From positions 102,851,789-102,893,015 of the forward strand of contig NC_068981.1 of assembly GCF_001194135.2 (NCBI RefSeq): a DNA stretch of 41,227 nucleotides, in the 5' to 3' direction. The notes under the pieces are model-generated. The model was not told where the DNA came from, did not search any database, and saw only the letters and a list, made by a program, of their open reading frames with translations. The stretch is from Octopus bimaculoides. Lineage: Eukaryota. The stretch's first letter is position 1; the number at the start of each line of letters is the position of its first letter. The translations under genes were made by a program, and so were the position numbers. This document shows, piece after piece, positions 1 through 10,975 of the stretch.

Positions 1-404
1 TATATATATGTTCATATATACATATATTTATATATATATGGAATTACATATATATTTATACATATATATATTACATGTAATTAATCCCCAAAAAGAAACG
101 AGGAAGAACACAAGAAAAAACAACAACGCGTGGGCCTCGTAAATGCAAATTATTTGCAGACGTTCAGGGAAGGAAAGAAAGGTCGTTAAACGTTTCGAGC
201 AATGCTCTTCGTCAGGAATAGGAGACATTTACTTGTGTTTACGGATTCATTATAGCAGACTGATTCACTATTTCCATTTACTTTTTCTTCTGTTTTATGA
301 ATATAATGTATATGCTGTTATACATATTATATTCCTATTATTTAAAGGAAATTAATTCCCCTAGAAGACTAGGTATTGAATCAGTGTTTCCTTGGATGAT
401 ATAT

Positions 405-619
405 ATCATCATCGATTAACGTCCACTTTCCATGCTAGCATGGTTTGGACGATTTTACTGAGGACTGGTGGACGAGGTGGCTACACCAGGCTCTAATCTG
501 ATTTGGCAGAGTTTCTGCAGCCGGATGCCCTTCCTAACGCCAACCACTCTGAGAGTGTAGTGGCTGCTTTTACGTTCCACCGGCACGAAGGCCAGTCAGG
601 TGGTACTGGCAACGGCCAC
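405..619 (-). mobile_element. 3' portion of a SINE/LINE-tail retroposon ending in (GAT)n
   Basis: Minus strand reads ...GTGGTTGGCGTTAGGAAGGGCATCCGGCTGCAGAAACTCTGCCAAATCAG...CGTCCAAACCATGCTAGCATGGAAAGTGGACGTTAATCGATGATGAT. I recognise this as a common cephalopod retroposon tail; family not verified. Confidence 0.6.
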
Positions 620-1732
620 ATCAGCCCTACATATCACGAACAAACGTACACCCAACAGACCACTGTATATACTACAAGTCAACCTTGGATTACAAACCGA
701 CATGTATGAACCTACAGCATAAACCTATACGCCATAAGCCTACATGTGATAAGCTAACGAAAAATTCGTCAATTTTCTCTTGGGACCTATATTCTTTTTC
801 TTTTTTATTTGCGGTGAAGAAGACTGGGGCTATTTTTTGCAATCCGGAAATATATCCACTTAGTGGTGGGTGTCTGTGTCGTAATTTTTATGTGTAATAG
901 ACTGGTGCATATTCTAGCCTTTACACAGTTTCTGCGATTTAAAAATGGAATGTGGGTCGATAGAATTGTTGAACTCTTAAGTACGAGAATAACTGCTCCA
1001 GGCAGACCCACAGAACAAAGTGAATTCACATGGGAAGCTAATAGATAAATTCATGAAAATTAATAGTTAAGCCAGTATTAATCTATTTAATACATAAAAC
1101 CCTAACTAGAAATATTAAATAGGTTAGCACTAAATTAATTTAATCAGCTTATTGCCAAATTTACACTAATGTTACTCTTTGTGCAAATAGCGTAGTTATA
1201 GTGTGTACCTTCTAGCCCTTGAACTGCTATTCCTCCCCTAAAACAGGCTTATACAGCTAACCTAAAAGTGCTGCCCCATAACAGTGATGCTCGGGGTGCG
1301 TTACTGCGCCAGTGGTATATCTCACAACTAAGGTGAATGAAGTCATTTGGTAGTTAATGTGGTACACATCTGCCGGTATAAAATGTAAACCACAGAATTA
1401 TCAACCGATTGTCTATTTCACTAACGACCTAACTTTCCGTTTATAAATTGTAAGGGATTCCCGTCGGTTTCGATGATGAACCACCTGTAAGTGACTGAAT
1501 ATTCCATAGTTAAGTAGACAGAATCAGCGCCACACTCTGTGACAAAGCTGGACTTTTAAACTTCGAGTTCAATCCGTCCAATGCTTCCACGCTTTCTCCG
1601 CCAGCCAAATTTGTCACAAGGCTCGGTTCGACTCCAGGCTGAGATAAAAGGCACTTACTAAAGATGCCACGCATTGGGATCGAAACCAACGGCTCTTTAG
1701 CGTTCCGCCATACTCCACCCGTATAAAGTAGT

Positions 1733-2012
1733 CATCGTCATCATTAAGATCCCTTAATTGATGAAGCTAGTCGTTGGGGTACCACTCTAGACACTTTCAT
1801 AGTCAGCTGTCGCCACTCATCTCTGTTCTGTCATGCGTAGCAGGTTCACTGTGTTGTGACTTGTTCAGTACTTGATATTGCCAAGCCAGGATTTTCTCCG
1901 TTTTCCTCTCTGTCGACTTCCTTCAACTGTGCCTGAAGAATGGTTTTAGGCAGGAAGTTGTAGCGGGATACATGACCATACCAGGCAAACTTCCGTCTTT
2001 TTACATACGCAA
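1733..2012 (-). mobile_element. 5'-truncated RTE-clade LINE, 3' end (pseudogenic ORF2 C-terminus)
   Basis: Minus-strand translation VKRRKFAWYGHVSR..LPKTILQ/GTVEGSRQRGKRRKSWLGNIK (one frameshift) matches the RTE C-terminal pattern RRxxWxGHVxR...ILxGxVxGxRxRG. It ends in an (ATG)-type tail. Confidence 0.8.
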
Positions 2013-2326
2013 GGGGTGGTTCTTGTATTTAAAGTAGTACAGAAATATAAAATAGCAGATGGGAGCACTAGAAATTATAATAGCAAATATAAAATATAAA
2101 ATATAAAATAGCAAATGAAGCACTAGAAATTAAGAGTGTTTGGCTAACTCCAATCAATAGAGTGTCTTATCTAATTTTACAAGTAAAAATAATGTTTTGG
2201 TTGCTTGACAGAAATATCAGTCTGTTGCTACTGAATATCATCACCTCTAATCTGAAGGTTGTTTTTATATGAATGAATGCAGAATGTGAGAAATGGACTG
2301 AGATAATGTACCATCATACTCTAAAT

Positions 2327-2584
2327 CAGCGGTTCTCAACCTTTTTTGCCCGCGAACCCCTTTCATTCCTATATTACTCTGGTAGACGCTAATAGAGCCA
2401 TCAGATATTTTAAAAATCTTATTGATTTTTAGAATTAAATATCATTATGAATTATATTTAAAAAATTGTTAAAATATTTTGTGTATTGTAGAAGCATAAC
2501 CAGTTTAATTGCAGATAAATTTTAACAACAAAATCTTATATGGACCACCCACCAGGGTCATAGAACCCTGGTTGAGAACCACTA
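2327..2584. mobile_element. hAT (Charlie-like) MITE, 258 bp
   Basis: TIRs CAGCGGTTCTCAACC / GGTTGAGAACCACTA. Identical 8-bp TSD CTCTAAAT at 2319-2326 and 2585-2592, fitting the NTCTARAN Charlie preference. Confidence 0.92.
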
Positions 2585-2834
2585 CTCTAAATTATACGCT
2601 TTTACTCTGTGTGTGTTCTGCATGCTGCAATTAATACTATATTTGGAGTAGCAAAATAGTAGAGTGTTTTGTTGCGTTTACTTTCAACTCCTTGCGCTCT
2701 GAGTCTAAATTTCTCTTTTAACCGCATTGGCTTTTATCCCTTCCAGGGTTGATAAAACTAAAGAAGAGACTGTCGAGTCGACTTCTCCTTGAAGCACCAT
2801 TACATATAAACGAATCCTTCTGCGGTGGTCTGGC

Positions 2835-3831
2835 GGATCTTTGTGGTTTTCGTCCCTGTTTACAATTTTTACAATTATCCTTGAAAAAATTTTTTCAATG
2901 TATCATATAGATATGATTTTTGACACTGAATCCGAATTTGCTAATTATTTATACCCCAAAAAATTTTGCAAAAATGTTACAACTGTTCAAAATTTGATAA
3001 TTTTCAGAATTTTCAGCCAATCAAAAAACATCGCGTTCGTTGCCTCTTCCATCATCAGCGGTGGTGGGTGGGACATCGGCTTGTCAAGACATTAAACTAG
3101 CAACAGTAAACAGTGAAAAACGTGAAAACATACGCGAGCAAATTTAATATTTAAACGTTACGAACAAACCAACAGGAATTGCTAGAAATATCAGTCAAAA
3201 CATAAAAATATACACGTGCAAAGTTAACATTAAAGCATTTGCGTGCAAATTTAATATTTAAAGGCTACGAACAAACCAACAAGAGTTGCAAGAAATAACA
3301 GTCAAAATACTATTTAAAACAGACATTTATTAGTTAATATAATTCAAGAACGAAAGTTTGCAATACACTCTAGGATTTTATAAAATAAATTATCTTTCTC
3401 ATATCTCCTTCTCCACATAGGAAAAGTTTAATGTTAAAGCTGTGGCCATCGTCCCAGGATCGAATTCCTACCGTTATGAAAATAAACAATTATAGAATAT
3501 GTGGTGGTTACATTCCTTGTGCGCACGCGCAGCATCTTTGGTTACTATGGAAACAGAGTTCTATGCAATTAGCTATGCAACACGTGGTGCTTCTCTGCTT
3601 TGGTTACTATGGAAACAGAGTTCTTTGCCACGGTGGTGTGTAAAATACTCGCTTCTGATTGGCTAAAATACCCAAATTTTGCAAATTTTAAAGGCTAATA
3701 GTTTTTTAATTGTGGATTTATAGGTAAAATGAATTTCAATTTCATAATGAGCATACAAAACTTAATCCATATATTAAATTTGAAAACAATTGGAACAAAA
3801 TTGTAAACAGTGACGAAAACCACGAAGATCC
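2835..3831. mobile_element. Non-autonomous DNA transposon with long imperfect TIRs, ~1 kb
   Basis: Left GGATCTTTGTGGTTTTCGTCCCTGTTTACAATTTT versus right (reverse complement) GGATCTTCGTGGTTTTCGTCACTGTTTACAATTTT. Weaker inverted similarity continues ~200 bp inward (TTTTCAGCCAATCA / TGATTGGCTAAAA). Flanks GGTCTGGC and GATCTGGC form an 8-9 bp TSD with one mismatch. Confidence 0.85.
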
Positions 3832-3884
3832 GATCTGGCGAAACGTCAACTTTTATGACATGATTTTGCTTTGTTTTGCAGCAT

Positions 3885-4130
3885 CTCTTTTATCTTTTAC
3901 TGTTTACTTGTTCCAGTCATTGACCTGCTGCCAAGCTGGGGCACCATCTTGACAGATTTAGTTGAGCAAATCAACCCTAGTACTTATTTTTCTAAAGCCT
4001 GATACTTATCTTAACGGCCTCCGTGGTAGAATCGCTAGGTTACAGGGGACATAATCAAACCAGCACCGGTTGTCAAGTGGTGGTAGACGCATACACACAC
4101 ATACACACACACACACACACACACTATCTC

Positions 4131-4178
<48 letters not shown>

Positions 4179-4325
4179 AGCTGCTTTCAGTTTCCGTCTA
4201 CCAAATCCACTCAAGAGTCAGGTCGGCCCGGGGCTATAGTAAAAGACATTTTCCCAAGGTGCCACGCGGTGGAACTGAACCCGGTGCCATGTGGTTGGGA
4301 AGCAAACCTCTTAACACACACTTAC
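3885..4325 (-). mobile_element. Composite SINE with tRNA-like head and internal microsatellite
   Basis: Minus strand head GTTAAGAGGTTTGCTTCCCAACCACATGGCACCGGGTTCAGTTCC...GAGTGGATTTGGTAGACGGAAACTGAAAG, then (TA)/(GA)/(TG)n, then 3' module TTGACAACCGGTG...AAGTACTAGGGTTGATTTG...ACTGGAACAAGTAAACAG. The same modules recur at 8975-9410 and 23140-23400. Confidence 0.75.
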
Positions 4326-5580
4326 GTCTGTACTAAATAAATCTAAAAGTCATTAGTTTAAAGATATTTCCAGGGCAGTATTCCCCAATCTTTTCATATC
4401 CATGGACACTTTTTTTTCTATTTAGATGAAATTTCCCACAAACCCCAGGCTTTTGAAAAGTCTGCCTACTCAATAAGCTTGTTATATTAAGTATGGAATT
4501 CATTTTTCCTAGTTTCACATCTCGTTTGAAAATCACATAATCTGAGTAATTATGTTTTACACTGCAGACTTTTACAATTTTGAGCATTGACTTCCAATAC
4601 TATCTCTGTAGAGCTTAGTTTTGGCACCACTAATTTAAGACTACATCAGATAATGTTCTATTCTTATATAAAACATTAAGTAAAGTGTGTGATTTCAGGA
4701 AGGTTTGACTGCTATTTCTAGCAGTTCAGGTAACTGCATAGAGTCTTTTTAGTTCACTTGTTAAACAAATTACTGTTGCTTAACAATAGACTAACCCTGA
4801 TCGTGCAAATCTTTGATTAAAAACATCCCATCCGAACTATATTATTTAATGACTTACCCCTCTTTTAAGAGAGTGGAGTGTGATTTGGAGGAGGTAGGGT
4901 AGCTATTTCTCGTAGGTCAAGCGAGCATGACGAGGCTCCCACACTGGTTCATGTACCCCATTTACATCTAGGTGGACTGGACAGTATAGAATTAAGTTGC
5001 TTTAGCCACGAAAACACCGTAGCGTTGCTGTTGGTATACAAACCATTCCATACATGTCAGTTGTCATCTATGGCTCTATTACTTCTACTATCTGCACTTT
5101 TGTTTGGAATGTTTAGAAGGAATAAAATTCAGTTGCTCTTTCAAAGTACAGCGAAAAATCATTGGTTAGTCGGTTCTACATACTTTCTGTTGTACTATTT
5201 TTATTTATATTTATTTTTTGCTTTATGTTTTTGATTGACAGTCCGACCTGCAGGTTATACAAATGTAGGTTAAGTTTGTTTCTGGTGGAATGAAGGTCAC
5301 AGAGGTTAATCACTACCGCTCCACCACCAATTTCCTCTTCTCTCTGCTCTCCTCCTACATCACTTACCAATTCCGTTCGTTTGAAACTATTCTTCCTTTG
5401 GCAGTTCTCTTTCAGTGACTGTGTTAACTCTTTGTGGTTTCTCAGCGTTAATAACTTACTATTTATTATTACTCATTATATGGAAGGAAGAGCCGTCAGG
5501 TCGATTATGTCATCAATTTATAAGAAACTGCAGAGGCTCACCATCGTCGTCTTAGTCGCAGTCGTTGTTTTTCTTCAGTT

Positions 5581-5760
5581 CCAGATCAGTCCTGGTTGAG
5601 TAAACCTTTGATCAAACACATTCCGACTATGACCATCTCGACACTTTTTTTTTCAAAGATAAGCTATCTACAACCATATTATCCAAAGTGTCTACTTTTA
5701 GAAAACGGTTGGATATAATTTAAATGAACTCTGACTGATAATTCTCGCAAGTCGGACGAT
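5581..5760 (+). repeat. Dispersed repeat family copy (CCAGATCAG...TGATCAAA..CATTCC..CTATGACCATC... family)
   Basis: Similar segments recur at ~4790-4950, 7085-7340, 25085-25240 (minus), 33870-34030, 35855-35920 and 38240-38400. Confidence 0.6.
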
Positions 5761-5953
5761 GACATCCAAGTTACAACCTTTACTGCCGCTTGGGGCAGAG
5801 AGGGGTCACTAATCTAATAAATAATCTCCTAAAGAAGTACAGTTCTCTACTCTCTGGTTAACTGAGTTTTACTGAAGCATTTAAAAATCTATCTTGACTA
5901 ATTTGATATAGTGTAGGATAGACCAGTAGCTTTCAGTCTTCTGAAGCTCATTG

Positions 5954-6071
5954 NNNNNNNNNNNNNNNNNNNNNNNNNNNNNNNNNNNNNNNNNNNNNNN
6001 NNNNNNNNNNNNNNNNNNNNNNNNNNNNNNNNNNNNNNNNNNNNNNNNNNNNNNNNNNNNNNNNNNNNNNN
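5954..6071. other. Assembly gap (N)
   Basis: Run of N. Other gaps: 9619-9773, 11342-12000, 13429-13968, 16329-16428, 17232-17703, 18706-18715, 24901-24961. Most abut microsatellites or SINEs. Confidence 1.
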
Positions 6072-6397
6072 ACAGCCTGTTCGTGAAATTAACGTGCAAG
6101 TGGCTGAGCACTCCACAGACACGTGTACCCTTAATGTAGTTCTCAGGGATATTCAGCGTGACACAGTGTGACAAGGCTGATCCTTTGAATTACAGGCACA
6201 ACAGAAACAGGAAGAAAGAGTGAGAGAAAGTTGTGGTGAAAGAGTACAGCAGGGTTCGCCACCATCCCCTGCTGGAGCCTCGTGGAGCTTTAGGTGTTTT
6301 TGCTCAATAAACACTCACAACGCCAGGTCTGGGAATCGAAACCGCGATCCTATGACCGTGAGTCCGCTGCCCTAACCACTGGGCTATTGCACCTCCA
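6072..6397 (-). mobile_element. tRNA(Arg)-like-headed SINE (resembles octopus OR-type SINEs)
   Basis: Minus head TGGAGGTGCAATAGCCCAGTGGTTAGGGCAGCGGACTCACGGTCATAGGATCGCGGTTTCGATTCCCAGACC carries Pol III A-box and B-box-like motifs. A near-identical head lies at 13358-13428 (+). The 3' end runs into a gap. Confidence 0.8.
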
Positions 6398-7084
6398 CTG
6401 TGCTCATGTTATACACCCGTTTTTCATCAAACAAGCTAATTTTGCACCGTGAATTATAATCCATATTTTCTCACAGTTCTAGTACCTGCCTCGTTTCAGA
6501 TATTTACGCGATTGCTTAAGTGAGCAAGGGTTTATATAATGCAATTCTACTGGACTTTAGCATATCATGAGTCGTGGCTTCTACTCAGTGATAACACAAT
6601 GTCTTATTCATATCTTACTGCTGACATAGATTTCTTTTTGAAAACGTATTCTAATGATGTAAGTATTGTATTTGGTCTAATTTTTTTTATCTTAGAAAAA
6701 TCACGACAGCTAAATGAAAATAAAAAAAAGACTCTCATAACATCCTTCACATGACACTTGTTACCCCCTCGCAAGCTTACAATACCCCCAGTGAGGTTGA
6801 GGTTATCATCCAGATTAAGAACTACCGAGATAGACAATATAAACCTCAACTTCAGAAGCATCATCTCGATAACACCTTCAAACATGTATGTAGTCCAGCT
6901 GCATCGTCTTGTGGTTTCCCTAATTTATTAGTGACTTCATTTTAATTGTTGTTTCTTAGCGGGAAATGGTTCATTTTCCTACAACTTAATTTGTTAATAC
7001 TTATTGAGAAAGGTATGAACATCATGTCTTCTCTGTTTTCTTTTCTCTAACAAAAATAAAACCCAACGAAGTTCTCTGATTGTT

Positions 7085-7340
7085 GTCCAGCTACAGCTTA
7101 GCCCTGACTAAATATATGATTAAAAGCATTGCAAATATCGGATATCTTTCACTAAAGACATACCGTCTGATGACTTAACTGAGGCTGCGTAGCAATTCGT
7201 GGAACCATAGAATATCATAGAGTATCATAAAGTATCATTCAACATGTCCTTGCTTCCTTCCTTTTTAAGGTTAGAATGTAATTTGTAGAAGATTCGGCTA
7301 ATATTTCTACTAGATTTAGTGTCCATGTAGAAACTCCATC
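7085..7340 (+). repeat. Dispersed repeat family copy
   Basis: Shares CAGCTTAGCCCTGA...AAAGCATT...TTCCTTTTTAAG...GTAATTTGTAGAAGATTCGGCTAATATTTCTA..AG with copies at 5581-5760 and 33870-34030. Confidence 0.5.
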
Positions 7341-8094
7341 ATTAATCATCGATTATACTGTCTTATATTTATGTCGCAATTCTTTCAGTATGTTCTCAGC
7401 AGATCGACTCGATCATTCTGTTTCTTGATATGTAATGGAACACACATCACTCATGGAGTAGAGAAAGCCTTGGACAACATGGACTTTTCTCCGAGTTGAT
7501 TCAAGCCAACTGAGATCAACTTCTGATACAAACGTAGTAAGGTGACCGATTACGTACGACTCACAGCCATTTCTCATATGTTAAATCTCTAGTGCTCTTA
7601 TCTAAAAAAAAGTTTCAAAATGTTTCCCCCCACACAAAACAACGAAATCAAAAACAAAGAAATATCTGCTCAGGTCATTTACAGCTTGCTGGAAAAGTCG
7701 TGGTGTGTTTATAGCTGTTGAGAGCAAGAGGAAATGTTTCGTTTTTGATTTGTTATTGATGTTTACCTGTTTAAAATCTCGATCATCTCTGATCGAGATC
7801 GAGTAGACTTATGGACAAAGTAGTTACAACTTTGACCTTTTGGTTTTTTCCTTTTTTATCTTTCTCTTTTTTTTTTTTAATTATTACTATAGACAGATGC
7901 ATGGCTGCGTCGTTAAAAAGCTCGCTTTTCTATCAAGGACTATATTGTTTAATTTGTCCAATGCTTTCTCCCACGTTTCTTTTTCAAATCCTTGGGTATA
8001 AACTGAAAAAAATTTAGCTTCTATTTTTAGCAGATCAAGTGACCATGTAAAGACTTCCCTCACTGGTTTGTTCCTCTTTGATAAAAAAAAAAAT

Positions 8095-8880
8095 AATTAA
8101 TCAATATTCACTATTGTTTGAATATAACTAGGTCGATACTTACTATGGTATAAACACAATTAGGTCAATACTTACTATTGCAAGAATATAATTAGATCAA
8201 TACTTACTATTGTATAAACATATTTAGATCAATATCTAGTTTTGCTTGAACACAAAATTAGGTCAATGCTTACTATTGCATGAACGTAAATAAGTTAATA
8301 CTTTCCTCTCTATGGACATAAAGGTCACACTTATGTGAACATAACTAGGTCACTATTTACTATGGTTTGGATACAATTAGATCTATATTTACTTTGGCAT
8401 GGGCGTAATTAGATCAATATTAGTACTATTGTATATATAATTAGGTAAATACATATTGCATCAGCATAATTGGGTCATTGCTTACTATAACATGGATATT
8501 TCAGTCGATACTTACGTTACCATAGTTAAAGAAATTCTTAGTATTTTGTAAACATATTTAAAGGAATATTTTTTTACAGCTGTGTAATCATAATTAAGTC
8601 AACAGTCATTATTACGTGAAAATAAACGGGTCAATAGTAACTATTTTGTGAACAAAAACAGGTCAATAATCTCGGTTGTTTGGGCACAGATATGTCAATA
8701 GTCACTATTGTGTGGACATAACTCGGTCAATAGTCATAATTGTGTAAACATATATGGATCAATAGTCACTATTCTGTGGGATAGTTGGGTCAAAACTGGC
8801 CATTGCATGGACCTAACTGGGTCAACAGTCACTATTATGTGAACATAAGTAGGTGAATACTTACTATTGTATGAACATTA
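8095..8880. repeat. Diverged ~32-bp minisatellite, about 24 units
   Basis: Approximate consensus AGGTCAATACTTACTATTGTATGAACATAATT in head-to-tail units. 3' units shift to GGGTCAATAGTCACTATT. Confidence 0.9.
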
Positions 8881-8974
8881 TCATAATATACCGGATGAAC
8901 GCAACGAACGCATGGATGAACACAAATAGGTTTTAATTGTTATTATATTTTGTGTACATTAATGCATTTGTATG

Positions 8975-9410
8975 CATGGGTCCAGGTTGTTTCACTGGTC
9001 AGTTGTCTTCTAATAAAGCCTTGGATCGATCAAAGCCTTGTGAGTGGATTTGGTAGATGGAAATTGAAAGAGACCCATCGTATGTACACATACGCACGCG
9101 CACGCACACGCACACACACACATCACAACACACACAGCACACACTTACATGTGTGTGTGTGTAAGTGTGACTACGTGTTTGTGTCTGTTCTCTAAATGCT
9201 TGACGACCGGTGGTGGTTTGTTTACGCCACCGTAACATTAGCAATCCGGCAAAATAGAACAATAGAACAATAGAACAAGTAACAGACTTTAAAACAATAA
9301 GTACTGGGGTCGATTTGTTCGACTAGAATCCTGTTGAGGTAGTGCTCCAGTTTGACCACAGACCAATATATGAAACAATGTAAAAGATAAAAGATAAAAA
9401 ATAACATGAA
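8975..9410 (+). mobile_element. Composite SINE with internal (CA)n/(TG)n tract
   Basis: CAAAGCCTTGTGAGTGGATTTGGTAGATGGAAATTGAAAG, then (CA)n/(TG)n, then TTGACGACCGGTGG...AAGTACTGGGGTCGATTTGTTCGACT...TGAAACAATGTAAAAGATAAAAGATAAA. Same family as 3885-4325. Confidence 0.75.
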
Positions 9411-9773
9411 GCCAATATTTAGCATTGCATTAACATTAACAAAAATTCAATCCCGGTTCTTCGTTAAAATCAACAACTGTTCTACGACGCATCCTTCCTT
9501 CCTGCCAGTTAGTTATACAAAGAAGACGCAAGCAAGAAACACGTTTGTTTATCTTTCTTATTTATATATCTGGTTATCTTTCTCATATGTATGTGTATAT
9601 ATAATATATATGTATATANNNNNNNNNNNNNNNNNNNNNNNNNNNNNNNNNNNNNNNNNNNNNNNNNNNNNNNNNNNNNNNNNNNNNNNNNNNNNNNNNN
9701 NNNNNNNNNNNNNNNNNNNNNNNNNNNNNNNNNNNNNNNNNNNNNNNNNNNNNNNNNNNNNNNNNNNNNNNNN

Positions 9774-10975
9774 AATACGGATTTTTTATACTTTTATTTT
9801 TCAAAATTAAGATAAACAGAGTTCTTTTTTAATCTAGAATATACTCTCCTTCATTTTCTACAATGCCCTTCCATCTATCTGGTAGACTTGCAAGGCCCCT
9901 CTTCCAAAATTCACTTGTCCGTGACGAAAAATACTCCTCCAGTACTGTTCTGGCGTCGTCTATAGAATTCGTATTTTTCCGTCCAAATGATTTTGAAGAC
10001 CGCGGAATAAATGATAATCAGATGGGGAAATGTCCGGTGAATATGATGGATAGGGTATCGTTTCCCATTCAAACTGCACCGGCCTTTGGAATGTCATCCT
10101 CGCTGTATGTAGCCAAGCATTATCCTGAGGGAAGAACACCTTTCGTCTTGAAATCAAACATGGTCATTTTACATCTATCACTGACTTAAGCTGCTCAAGC
10201 TGCTCGCATTAGATCTCCTTTATTAGTGTTTGGTTTGGGCTTAAAAGTTCAAAGTGGACTAAACCTTTCACATCCCACCAAACAGATAACAACACCTTAC
10301 GTGGGAGAAGACCTTCTTTGGCCTGAGGTGCCGGTGTTTCTCCTTTCCTCGACGCTTGACATTTTTATAGAGAACCCATTTCTCGTCACCAGTCACTATT
10401 CAGTCCAAAAAACGTTCATTTGGGAGACGTGACAGCGAAGAAGAACACACATTCACTCTCTGCGTGCGATTAGACTCGGAAAGTTTGTGAGGAACCCATT
10501 GGCCCGATTTGCTGACTTTTCCGATAGCACGCAGGTGTCATAGAATGGTTGAATGATCAAATCCAGCTTCTCTGCTAATTCCTTCACAGTTACGATGGGA
10601 TTTTGTTCCACCAGGGTTTGCAATACGTCCTCGTCGAGCTCTACAGATTTTCCAGGACGAGGCACGTTTTCTAGGCTGTAGTTTCCGGCTCAGAATTTCT
10701 GGAAGCACCGTTGAGACTGGCTTATGCTTATTGTCTGATCCCCATGTTGTCCTTGAAGCAAAATATACCGAATATGCTCCTTTGTCACATTCATTTTCTT
10801 TGAAAAAATAACTGTTAAAATCGAACTGCATTCTTCAAAACTTGCACTAAGAATAAGTGCGAAATAAAATTACTACCTGCTTTTATAGCAAGTTGATGCA
10901 GGTAGTTTATCCCGTCCCCATCCGACTTTTAGTTCATACAATTGAAAAAGCTGCATCATTTATGGGATAACCAAA
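9774..10975 (-). mobile_element. Mariner (Tc1/mariner, DD34D-type) transposon relic, ~1.2 kb
   Basis: 5' TIR on the minus strand TTTGGTTATCCCATAAATGATGCAGCTTTTTC next to (TA)n at 10976+. The 3' TIR mostly lies in the gap, with AATACGGATTTTTT at 9774 as a probable inner remnant. Confidence 0.88.
9829..10794 (-). pseudogene. Mariner transposase pseudogene
   Basis: Motifs MNVTKEHIRYILL, PRPGKSVELDED, WVPHKLS, FLD*IVTGDEKWVLY, QDNAWLH, YSPDISPSDYHLF and GLASLPDRWKGIVENEGEYILD*. It has frameshifts, two TGA stops (10400-10402, 10690-10692) and an apparent N-terminal deletion. Confidence 0.93.

Noticed and set aside
6765-6820. Minus-strand VLNLDDNLNLTGGI, resembling an LRR micro-exon
   Set aside because: Weak splice sites, a single short motif and no supporting neighbouring repeats.
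8095-8880. CRISPR-like array (regular ~32-bp periodicity)
   Set aside because: Units are contiguous and diverged with no unique spacers, there are no cas genes, and the context is eukaryotic.
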